DNA of 64,000 bases from Lama guanicoe. Taxonomy: Eukaryota. Below, piece by piece: positions 10,546 to 21,140 of this stretch (position 1 is its first letter; every line of letters begins with the position of its first letter). The DNA is taken from contig MU053823.1 in NCBI GenBank assembly GCA_013239625.1, forward strand, positions 271,698 through 335,697, in the 5' to 3' direction. A program made the translations under genes and the position numbers. A model generated the notes under the pieces. It searched no databases and was not told where the DNA came from. It worked only from the letters and a program-made list of their open reading frames with translations.

Positions 10546-13500
10546 GGTATAGTGTCTGGGATTTGCTTCTAAATAATCCCCAGGTGAAGGGAAGGGGCCT
10601 GGAGAGATGGGCCACGTGCTGATAAATGTCGAAGCTGGATGGTTAAGTACCTAGGAATTCATTTTTTTTCCTATTTTTGTATATGCTTGAAACGTTCCAT
10701 AATAAAACAGACTTTTTAGAAATATACACAAAGGCAACAAAACTATATAAAAAAGGACACAAGGAAAGGACAAACCTAGGAATCAAAATGATCATTAATT
10801 GCCACCAGGGTAGGGACAGGCAGTGGATAGAACTGGGGATGGCTTATTATACGATTAAAACTTACTGAGTCAATAAACTTAAAGAGTGGGCCATGAATGA
10901 ACCACTGAAGAGAGGATATCATGAGCCAAGGGTTATGACTAATCAAATTCTGTACACCAGAGGTAGGTACAATTAAAAATAATCTTAGCAACAACATATA
11001 CCTTCTTATTCAAAACTTATTCTGATAGTGATGTGGAGGAGGAGGAGACGTAGATAAGGATGAAGGCAAGAGACCAGTTAGGAAACGAGTACGGTCAATT
11101 CAGGTGAAAAAGAAAAAGAGTCCAAAGTCAGACAACAGGAATAAAGAAGAAGAGGTAACAGCTTTTGAGAGAGATTTACAAGAACCACCAGGACTGGGTG
11201 CTGGGCACTTACATGTTATCTGGCAATTACATAGGGTTTTCTAATTGGCTTCCTTTCCGTATGGCTATTTAAAACTTCCCTACCCTCCCGGGACCTCAGA
11301 ACCACTTCCTCCTTCCCCTCTCACTGCCCACCCTCGCAGGGACCATAAAACCGTTCTGTGCACGAGACTTCAGCAGTTCCACCACCAAACCTGAAATACA
11401 CCCTCACCTGCATCAGCACCCCTCCCTCACTGCTCCCTCCTCTCCCTTCTCTCCTCCCTCCTATCAGAGGGTGGGAGGGTCCCGTCCCTCCTCCTTCTCA
11501 AGTGTTCTTTATCCATTCTCTCCTGTCTCTTCAACCTCTCCTCCACTGGCTCCTGCCATCGCCAGGCCTGAACCCCGTCCCAACTCCAGCTTCACCTTCT
11601 TTCCCGTTACTGACAAACTCTCTGTAAGTGTTTAAAGTCACTGCCTCGACTCCCACCACCCAGTCATTGCTCAGGTCACACTACCACCCAGGCTTCACTG
11701 CCCACAACTCCGCTGAAAGGGCCCTCCATCCCTAGCAGTAAATGCATCTTTCCAGCGTCTTCACTGCATTTGACAGGGGACCCCCTGCCGCTCCTTGTAA
11801 CAGTCTGCTCCCCTGTCTTCTCTCTCTGTCGCTCTTTCCTGCTCCCCTCTGCCAGCTCATCACCCTCCGCTCAGCTTTGAGCTGCTCCATTTTCTAAGGG
11901 CTCGTCCTAACCCTCGGGGCTCCAGCTTGAAGGCTTTTCTTTTCTCCGTCCATACCAGCCCCCTAGGCGGTTTCAAATGCTTGACTTCATTGTCATCTAT
12001 ATGCCTCTACACTTGACTGTTCACCTCCAACTCAGACCCTGCATCTGAGCTCGAGCACCACGTATACCAAACTGCTGACCCCACATCTCCTGGAGGGTGG
12101 CTCACAAGCACTTCCACTGGGCACATCAAGAAGGGAACTTACCCCCAAGTCCACTTCCCTGACATTCCTCTGGCATCAACAGCACCGCCAGCCCCTCGCT
12201 GCTGTCAGATCCCAGCTCTGGCACGTCCCTCCACTCCCTCATCCACCGGTCAGTCCTTCCTTTTCAATGATCTTCTAAGTTTTTCTCCAATCTATTCATT
12301 TCCTTCCATCTCCATGGCTACCACCTACTCCAAACACCATCTTTCCCCTAAACTGTTACAACACTGTTCTCACTGATACTCACACCATCTCCATTTATTC
12401 TCCATAGAGAAGCCAACAGAGTTCTTAAAAAAAAGAAATTTGTTTAAATCCTCAACTCTCCATGTCCCTCCCATGTTTCCCATTGCCCTTCACATAAAGC
12501 CCCAAGTCCTAAAGTCCCCAAGTCCGGCAGGATGAGTTTCTCCCACCTCTCCAGCACGTCTCTGTCCCCACTTTCCAGGCTCCAAGAACACGATGGTTCT
12601 TCTTCCAATGCCGCAAATACACAAAGCCCCTTCCCTCCTCAGGCCTCGGGACGTACGGCCCCCCCACCTCCACCAGTCTCCTTCCACATCTATCCTGACT
12701 CATGTCTACAGGCCCCACTTAACTGCCACCTCCTCAGGGGGCCTTCTGGACTTCTACCCTCATCCCAAGGCTACATCTGGTCCCTTGCAGACCACTCTGT
12801 ATGTTCTAATGAAACAATTACTCAACCATTCAGGTGATTTTATCTGTTCAATGTCTGGTGCTTCAGTGGTTTGTCTTCTCCATCAGTCTGGTGATCACGA
12901 CCGTCCTGAACACCAAGGCTAAGGACCGCCCGCTATATCATGAGAATGAATGCTCTTTATGTCCAGGCACTGTTCAAACGCGTACACGTAGCATCTCACT
13001 TAGTCCTCACAACACAGCCTGAGGGAGGTAGTTTATAACAGCTATTTCATAGATGAAGAAACTGGGGGAAAGATGTTAAGCCATTTGCCTGGGTCATTGT
13101 TGGAATCTAACCCAATTATCAGTTTCACACTTTCAGCTGCTCCTCCGTCCCTCTACACATTGACACACGAATATCTGATGAACAAATGGACAAATGAAAG
13201 AGCTGGCTGTGGAAGCAGGCTCCACCTCGACCTCTGACCCCACTGCTGTCACCACAGCCTAAGACAAAGGCCCGACCTTGTAACTAAATGACCCCAACAG
13301 TTTCTCAACAGGTTCCCTAATTTCTCCTTCTTTTCCAGGCACACGTTCCTAGATGATTCTTTCTAAAGCAGTTTCCCGACCCTATTAATCTGCTGTTCAA
13401 GCCAGCACCACGCCTGGCACTAGGAAGTCACTTGGCTTTCAGAATTCTCCCGAGCGGACCTTTTCCACCACCGGCCCGCTGTCTCCACTTTATCCAGCCG

Positions 13501-16500
13501 CCCCCAGCTCGCAGTCACATGCATGACTCAGGCCTTTACACATGCTGTTCTCTCTTCAGTGTTCTTCTTACTCCAAATCAGATCCTACCCACCCTTAAGA
13601 ATCTGCTCGAGTTCCCAGAAGTCACTGAAAAGAACGCAGCCGCTCTTCCCTAAGCTCGTGCGTCACCCGGCCTTAGTACCGTTTGCTTTTGTGCTTCTTT
13701 GTGCTCTGAGCTCTTTGAAGGCTTGGCTCCTATCTCTTCTCAGTCCTCCAAAGTCCCCAGCATGTATCTGAGCACATCAAGAGAGAGAGCTCAGTATTGA
13801 CTTGCTGACCCATAAACTGAAAGAATGAAGTAAGTACTGTGAGCTCCCAGGTTGTGTCCTATCCATAGAAGCTAAAAATCCAGGCTCTCTCCACGCATGT
13901 ACATAGACTGGAGCTAAGGCCGGGGAAGCACTGGCGAGCAAGACTCTGCTGGAACACAGAGTTTCTGCTGAGCAGAAACAGGCTGCTGAAGGTTGAGAGC
14001 AAGAGTAGCTCATAAAGAGTAGGAATCAAACATTGCTCCAGCAACTCAGCCAGGTCAGCTTCCCGTCTGTCTCACCACAATGCTCTCCGCCACCCCTCAT
14101 CTTCCAGAGGCAGTACTGCCAGGAGAATTAAGACTGCCACAGAGGGCTAAAAGAATGGAAAGGAAATCTGACCTGCATCAAGAACAAGGCTTTCCAGATC
14201 CACAGGGCTGTTTTCAGTCCAGTCTACCTCCCTTCCTAACTCAAGTAACTAAAAAGCTTTGAGGGATTCAAGTTCCAGAGGAATTCTGAAAAGTGGTAAA
14301 GTGGGAATGGGGTGGAAGGGTGGGCCCTGGTCCAGGGCCATCCCATCGCCCTCCCCAGTGCCCGTCCGCAGGTCAAGTGGTCGCCACTGACCTGATCGGC
14401 ATCTGTGTGGACTCCTGGAGACTGAGCAGATGGCGCCTCCTGCTGGACCGCGGCCACCGCCCCATTAGGCATCAGGATGAGCTGCGAGGCTAGAGGCACA
14501 TTCCGGCCCAGGGTCCGGTTTACCTGCAATAGGTTTCCCAGCTGTGGCTGGCAAGGAGAGGAGGAGGAAGAGCAGAGGAAAGAGGACAAGAGGAAAAGAA
14601 GAAAGACAGAAGAAACGGAAGGGAAGGACCACAAGACAAAATAAACAGAAGATACGGAACAGCTAAGCCCTGCCCCTTGCCACACCAACCCAGGAGACCC
14701 CTATTCTCCACGTGCGATGACTCATCCAGAGGAAAACCTAGAACGTGCGCAAAACTATACGCTGACAACAAAGAGCCAAACATCAAAAAAGCTGAGACGA
14801 CAAGGACTCTGGAGCAGGTGTTTACACAGTAAACTTACTACAGTAAGTTGCTAGGGCAAGAGATAACGGAAGGAGTGCGCTTGAGCCACAGGTTTAAAGA
14901 GGAGACCGTATCTGATGCAAATTTACTCAAATATTAAGGTGAACAGCTTCTAACTTCTAGAGGTCGGTCAGGCACAGGAAGTAGACTGGCTTGTCTTAAA
15001 ACATCCGGGTGACCATGACTAAGTAAAACAGCTCTCACTCCACCACTCGTCACAGAACGACCACGCCCCTGGGATAGCCGTGGCTGCGTCCGTGTCTTAC
15101 CCGCAGGTACATCTGGGCCTGGGACTGGTTGAGGGGCGGGGAGGTGGTGTTCCCCAGCAGCACAGACTGGGTCAGCGTGCTAGCACTGGGCGAGCTCACA
15201 CTCTGGGATCGGCTGATGAGCTGGGCGGCCGAAGTGGTGGCCAGGTTGATCTGTGCGGTACAGAAAGGAACCAGGACTGAGGATCTGGGAGAGGCACGGG
15301 GAAACACACACGACTGACAACTTCAGGGTGATGTGGTCAAGAACAGACTAGCTCACTGCCATAGAGTCAGGAGGACATGAATACCACCTTCCTACCCGCA
15401 GCTGGCATCCTGGCTACTGCAGGGCATGACCACAGCGCAGAAACCAGTCCCTCACCAGCAGCGTAACAGTTGGGAAGGCAAAGCAACGAAATGGAACAGA
15501 CGTTACTCCCCATTCAAGGGGCCAGAGATTAGTCCCTTTCCTGTGTTCCCTCCTCTTCTTCCCCAGGATTCTCCTCCTCCTTTCTTAGACCTCCTCCTTA
15601 AGACTCCTGTATCGATCCAAGTCACTCTCCCTTTTACTAGTATTCTCTACCTAAGAGCACGAAATACCACTCGTGGCTCAGTACACACTCTCAGATCAGC
15701 TGCACTAAGCAGTTTAACCCAGAGACCAAGGCCCACGGCAGAGGGCCTCTCCGCAGGGAGAAGCGGTTCTCACCGAGGCCTGGCTGGTGGTGGTCTGCTG
15801 CTGAGCGGTGCTGGTGTTCGGGGAGCTGGCCTGCCGACTGGCAGCGATCGTGGCCTGTTAGAGGGGACGAAGACAAGAAAAAGCAGAGACAAGGAAGGTA
15901 AAGGCTCTGAGTCTTCCAGTAATAAATCACAAGCACAAAACATACGAGACATTCCAAGCAAGAACTGAGAAACTCTAGTGTGGAGCAAGGGAAGGTGTAT
16001 TCACTGTCCCAGTCACCCTCACGTTACCCCATTTGCTAACCCAGTAACTCCCAGGTAACCCACCCACGGCAGGCAGGCAACCGGTTCTCCTCCTCCCACC
16101 TTCTTTGAGGTGGAAGAACCTTTGGCCCAGTTACATCCTGAGCCACTAGTAAGTCCAGCCCAGAGCTGTCCAATACAAACAGAATGCGAACCACACATGT
16201 AATTGTCTAGGATGGACATTTTTTAAAAGGTGAAAAAAAAAACATGACAAATAAACTTTATTTAAGCTACTATATCTCATTTCAACATGTAGCCAAATAA
16301 ACTACTGAGATTTTTTTTTCCCACACTAAGTCTCTGAAATCCAAAATCATTTGGCACTTCTCAATGTGGACTGGCCACATTTTAAATGTTGGACGGCCAC
16401 AGGTGGCGGGCTAACGACCGCCATGCTGGACAGTAAAGGTCTAGCAGACGGCCGTTCTGCCTCTCAAAGGTGGGCCTGCCACCGCCCTTCCTGCAAGCCC

Positions 16501-17858
16501 AGATGCTGGGCTCCTTCCCTCCTCCTGCAGGGGGATGGGAGGCAGAGGAGATCGCTTGCAGCGGACCTAGTGGAAGATGCCGTGTGCCCCTGCCCACCTG
16601 CAGCGCCTGTCCCCTCCCTCCTGGGCCAGCGAGCTGCTGACCTCTCACCTGCTGGACGGCAGCCAGGCTGTGCAGCTGGGCATTGCTGAGCTGCTGCTGG
16701 AGCATGAACTGGTGGAAATACTGGGCCGCGTTGGGCTGACGCTGCAGTGCCTGCAGGGCCTAGGAAGGAAAAGAGGGGGTCAACCCGCTTAGAAGGAATC
16801 GCTCCTAACTCCCCTTCTGCGGGACTCACTGTGACCCTGCAACAGAGACATACGGGAAGGAGAGAAACAGAGGAAGATGGGTATCCAGCTAAATCATCAA
16901 TATCTCATGTGTCCATTTTTATATCAGAACCAGAAACTTCACATAGTCCTCCAAAAGTGGAGAAGCAATTAATTCTGCTATGCTCTGTTCTTGAAAAGTG
17001 AAGCAGTGTAGCTCACATGCACTCTTATTTCCCAAAATGGAATCTGGAAATACATGATATAACAGAGAACCAGGACTGGCCTCGTTGAAAGTAAATGGGA
17101 CGGTGACTAATGTAAACAGAGAAAGAAAACAGAAGATCCATGTTCTGGGGATACAACAAAGGTGACAGAGCCTTCGTGGGTTGAAAATGATGAAAAACAG
17201 AGTAAACAGTGACTTATGAAAGGCTGTATCAGGTAAAATTTTCAAGCAACTGGCATTTTCAAACATCTCCAGTATAATGCTAATGGGTGTTTAGAAAGAT
17301 GATTCTGGTAATTCAGTTTCAGTGTTAATTTTAGGACTATGACTGTATTTTTTTCTTTAATAATTAGAACTATTCTTAGGATGTGCACAGTTATTCTAAT
17401 AGCCAAAAGATTTTTAGTAGAAGTTCTTAATTTTCATTACTCAGGGTGATTTACAAGAAAGACCAGATATTAAAAACCTGACAATCCATGAAGAGAAATA
17501 GTTAGAATCTAACTGCCTGAACTGAATGGTAGAAAAACCTTAGTTTAAAGACTGAACCTCACTCTGCCTGCTTGCTCAGACTGTTGTAAACTCCTAAGAT
17601 TCTCAGAGCTGGAAGGGACCTTAGCTGTCAACTACTCCAGCTCCCCCAGTTTGCTGGGAAGGAGCTAAAGGGCAATTACCTCCCTGCGTCCTTGCCCACC
17701 CAGAGCCGATACTCAGATCACAGCCCCTCTGAGTTGGGCCTCACCTGCACGGCCTGCCGTTCGTACAGTGACATCTGAGCTATCTGGGGCCGAGAGCTGC
17801 CCCCAGAGCTGGAACTCCCATTGGCGGAGTTAGAGTTCTGCTCACTCTCAGTCTCCAT
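1658..17858 (-). CDS. PHC1: Polyhomeotic-like protein 1, complete spliced CDS (14 coding exons, 973 aa)
   Basis: Exons joined by GT-AG sites give one frame from METESEQNSNSANGSSS to KICAKINVLKET*; total 2922 nt; Q-rich region, HD1, FCS zinc finger and C-terminal SAM domain match PHC1. Confidence 0.98.
2584..2815 (-). CDS. PHC1: PHC1 exon 14 (SAM N-terminal half)
   Basis: GQEDSSRGSDNSS...WSVEEVYEFIASLQ; AG/GT sites, 232 nt. Confidence 0.96.
3259..3409 (-). CDS. PHC1: PHC1 exon 13
   Basis: YNVSCSHQFRLKRKKMKEFQEANYARVRRRG...GKRHR; 151 nt. Confidence 0.96.
3630..3738 (-). CDS. PHC1: PHC1 exon 12 (FCS zinc finger)
   Basis: LDKKAALLKCEYCGKYAPAEQFRGSKRFCSMTCAK; 109 nt. Confidence 0.96.
4417..4531 (-). 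CDS. PHC1: PHC1 exon 11
   Basis: VGCSQLLKESEKPLQTG...DSPSA; 115 nt. Confidence 0.95.
5136..5347 (-). CDS. PHC1: PHC1 exon 10 (HD1 motif)
   Basis: KADPV...PPQAIVKPQILTHIIEGFVIQEGAEPFP; 212 nt. Confidence 0.96.
5586..5733 (-). CDS. PHC1: PHC1 exon 9
   Basis: GKPQTLAVKRKAESEEERDDVSTLSSMLPAK...KSGLG; tatag|...|gtagc; 148 nt. Confidence 0.95.
6306..6997 (-). CDS. PHC1: PHC1 exon 8 (Q/P-rich)
   Basis: ATYTQIQPHSLIQQQQQIHLQQK...FYMQSVHLP; gaag| acceptor, |gtgagt donor; 692 nt. Confidence 0.94.
8375..8870 (-). CDS. PHC1: PHC1 exon 7
   Basis: VQNLAVRSQQASAQG...TPAPSQTLISS; 496 nt. Confidence 0.96.
8942..9241 (+). mobile_element. 5'-truncated L1 3' end (artiodactyl/camelid type) with ~13-bp TSD
   Basis: Typical L1 3' UTR text (TGTATAGCACAGGGAACTATATTCAATATCTT...GCTGTACACCAGAAATTGACACAC); flanks AAAGATTTCTGGG (8929-8941) / AAATATTTCTGGG (9242-9254). 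Confidence 0.8.
10140..10710 (+). mobile_element. Old L1 (L1M-type) remnant interrupted by a (CA)n
   Basis: Resembles L1 ORF2-end/3' UTR (CTGGAAACAACCCA...AATGAACTGCAGTGCATTCACACGATGGGATATTA); family uncertain. Confidence 0.55.
10508..10540. repeat. (CA)n microsatellite
   Basis: Pure AC run. Confidence 0.95.
11560..12800. mobile_element. Degenerate L2 fragments in PHC1 intron 6
   Basis: Pyrimidine-rich text with L2-like phrases; boundaries approximate. Confidence 0.45.
14392..14547 (-). CDS. PHC1: PHC1 exon 6
   Basis: PQLGNLLQVNRTLGRNVPLASQLILMPNG...DADQ; 156 nt. Confidence 0.95.
15101..15250 (-). CDS. PHC1: PHC1 exon 5
   Basis: INLATTSAAQLISRSQSVSSPS...QAQMYLR; 150 nt. Confidence 0.95.
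15774..15854 (-). CDS. PHC1: PHC1 exon 4
   Basis: ATIAASRQASSPNTSTAQQQTTTSQAS; 81 nt. Confidence 0.95.
16160..16442. mobile_element. MER33/MER3-like hAT-Charlie MITE
   Basis: CAGAGCTGTCCAATA...GCCACATTTTAAATG...GCTGGACAGT termini typical of MER33. Confidence 0.6.
16649..16759 (-). CDS. PHC1: PHC1 exon 3
   Basis: ALQALQRQPNAAQYFHQFMLQQQLSNAQLHSLAAVQQ; 111 nt. Confidence 0.95.
17745..17858 (-). CDS. PHC1: PHC1 exon 2, coding part (start codon; exon begins at 17902)
   Basis: Strong Kozak ACCATGG; METESEQNSNSANGSSSSGGSSRPQIAQMSLYERQAVQ; 114 nt; acceptor tctag| at 17902. Confidence 0.96.
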
Positions 17859-20559
17859 GGTAGTGGTCCAGGGTCCCCAAGGCCGGTGCTCTGACTCAAG
17901 ACCTAGATGGAAGCAGCAAAGGATTAAAATTCACACCTGATCTCAAACCAGTATTCCACGTAATCATTCAAGTTATCTAAGAATCTTCCTCTTCCTCCAT
18001 AAGCCATGCTGTCTCGGGTTTAATAACTGTCAAATCTTCCATGCACTCTTATTACCCTATCTCCCCACCATCTTCTGAATCTTTGCAGCGTCTCAGAAGA
18101 AACAATCTTTACATGTTCCCTCAAGGCTGTCATTACACATAAAATGGCCAGAATGTAAGACGGTTCCTCACAATAGTAAGGCCACCTTACACCCCCTCAA
18201 CACTTTTTAATAGTTTAAAATCTCCTCACTTAAAACATACTGTTACCTCATTTCTATCTGCATCTGTACCATCACTCTCAGCCTCAAATTAACAATAGTC
18301 ACCATCTGCTGAGAAGCCACGAGGTGCCTCCTCTCCCTGGGCTCCATTCTCTCTCACAGCACTTCAAGGTAAATGCGATTATCCCCACTTTACAGTTGTG
18401 GAAACGAGGTTTTCTGCGGTTAAAGAAGTTGTCCTAGTTGAGCGTCACATCTTTACACTAGGACATGCTTCTTCCAACCAAAAGGAGTCTGTCACTAAGG
18501 CCGCATCACTCACTCTGAGTACACGCTGTCTTCACTTTATAGGGAAGGCACTTAGATTCAGACACGTCAAACGCATCCCATCCCGGAAAGTTGTAAAACC
18601 AGGAGACAGAAGAGCTCGCCTAGAGCGCTTATAGCCCGAAGGGCCGCCTGGTCCCCGCTCAGGCTGCTAACACCGGGGCATGTCACTCTCCCTTCTTATA
18701 CCTCAGTTTCCCTGTTTGCAAAGAGGGCTTCACAAATAAATGTAATACATCACTTTAACAAATGGCTTCCAGGTATTAAACATGTTAAAGACAGCAATGA
18801 AAATCTTCAAGAAAGTAAATTTCAGCTAAAGTGGTCGGAATTTACCTTTGGGGGGTCTACACTAAAATTTGCAAAAAAGAAACCAAGCAAAGAAACAGGA
18901 GATGAGAAGTAAGAAGAAACAAGCCTTCAAAGCAGCACTAAATGACAATTACTCGTCTTTGTTCAGTTTAATTTGTCTCCTCTTTTGTTAAACCTAGACA
19001 CTATATTCTCTACTTTTCAGGTGTGGAGCCACTATAAATATCAGGTCAGCAAATCACTATTTGATTTGGGAATGTAAACATCAAACCAGAATTTCTGCTA
19101 AGGGCTGTCTACAGTTTTATTACTGGTGGATCTATTATAATGGTTGCATCCAAAACAAACAAACAAACAAAGTAAACAAAATCAAACCGCTTGGCCTTGG
19201 AAATAGAGTTGGGGAGATTTCTTATAATTCCTGTCCCAATATCATCCGATCACATCATTATCCCCCAAGAATTCTACCCATCTCTTCAGTTGCATTTGGG
19301 AATAACAAATGTCACTGCATGAGTGGATATAACCCAAGAAGTACGTAGGAGAAATCATATTGCCTTCAACTCTAGTCTCTCTTCTCCCCACATCTTTCGC
19401 CAAAATATCAAAGCACTATAACAGATACAGACCCATGAATCCTCATTATCAGCATGTGAAGAAAAAAAGTGGGTAAAGATTAGAGGCAGCATGGCATTGT
19501 TAAGATAGTTACAGATAACCGGACTTAGTTCACTGGACTCAGAGACATGAGACCCCTTTACTAGCTAGAGGGGACATTAATTCCCACCTTCATAGGTAAA
19601 AATGCTAATAAACTGTATGATTCCCCCATCTCCCCCAAAATGGAAGTCTTAATTTTTTTTCAGATTGTGAAATAGAAAAAGAGGTGGAAATGGACCAACT
19701 TAAAGTCTTTAATAAAATCAGGAAAAACTGTCGTCAAAACCAGGATTCCTGGATCCCAGGCACATAAATCTATTCATTTGTGATCAGTGTTGGAACTGTA
19801 AAATTAAATACAGAAAATGAAGATAAGAAAAAGTTTGGGAGGCACAGTGAATTGAAATTTTCAGAATTAAACTGGAAGAGAAAGATTGAGAAGCTGAACC
19901 GTAGAGGTCCCCGGAATAACTAAACCATGGTCATCCTGAAAAGATGTTTGGGTGCGTGTGGTTGGGCTCGGTAGGAGCACGGACCTTTGGAAAGCAGCTA
20001 GAAGAGAATATTGAAACGGACCTAGTATTGGGCCTCCTGAGCCAAGAGTTGGAGAAAATCCATTTCCCTTAGCGTGAAACTCTGTCTTGTAGGCAGGATG
20101 GGGCTTGGGAGGGGGGCGGGAGAAGGGGTTGGTTCGGGGAAGACTGTGCCGAAGAAAGGGAAGTAATCTGAAGAATGGGGAGAGCGGACGCCCAGGGGTC
20201 CTTGCTGGATCTAGAACCTTGGTGAGAATGAGGTTCCCAAGAAGAATCAAACACACCGGGGGAAGCGGGTCGACAGAGCGGTGCCAGGAGTGAAGTGACC
20301 CAAGCGAGCAGAGAAATGTGCTTACTGATAGAGGGGAGACGGGCAGGAGAGAGACAGACAGAAGTCAAGGAATCGGACGCTGAGGAACCCAGCGGACCAT
20401 ATACAAAAAAGCAAGGAGATAACTAGACAGCATGCTCGGATGGGAGAAGCAAAGTCAGAGAAGGGAAAATGAATGAGAGACCGAGCAGTCAGAAGCAACT
20501 AGGGTGACGGACAGACAGCGGTGAGCACGGTGAAATGAACAGCGAGAGGGCTCGGACAG

Positions 20560-21140
20560 GCAGAGCCGAGGACCGCAGAGCGCAGCGCTGGAGGTAGGCT
20601 GGGGGAGAGACTGGGGGAGGTACCTGGGGCGTTCCACACCCGAGGTGCCTGGAGAAACATCCCCGCGCGGCCAAGCCCCCAGAGGTCCTGCCCCTGCGCG
20701 GCCGCGGCCGCCCGCTTACCTCGGCGCCCGGCTCTGCACCCGAGCGCTCCCGGGGGGCGTCCACCTCACGTGCCGGGGTCCCCGGTCGCCAGGCTGGGCG
20801 GGGGGCTCGCTCGGCCTCCGCGGCGGGCTCCCCTCGCCTCCTCCCCTTCCTGGAGGGGCGGGGGCGCCGAGGGCGGGGTGGGAGGCGCCCGCCGCCGCCG
20901 CGGCTCCCCGCCCCTCCCGCCGCTCCGGGGTGCGGGTGCGGGCCGGGCCGCGGCTCCGCCAGGCCTCCGGGGCTCGCTCGGGGCCTGTCACTTCCTGCCG
21001 GGCCGAGAGGGTGGGGGCTGCAGGCCGGGGGCTGCGGGCCGGGCTGGAGGATCCCCCTCCTCCCTCCCGCGCGTCCCTCGTTTCCTGCCGGCGCCCGTTG
21101 CCATGACGACGCCGCTGCCGGGCCTCCGCGCTCTAGGCCC
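20560..21140 (-). promoter_or_regulatory. PHC1: PHC1 CpG-island promoter and non-coding exon 1 (donor GAG|GTAAGC at 20720)
   Basis: Very GC/CpG-rich, GC boxes, ETS core CAGGAAGTGAC (20987-20997, -), consensus splice donor; exact TSS not determinable. Confidence 0.8.
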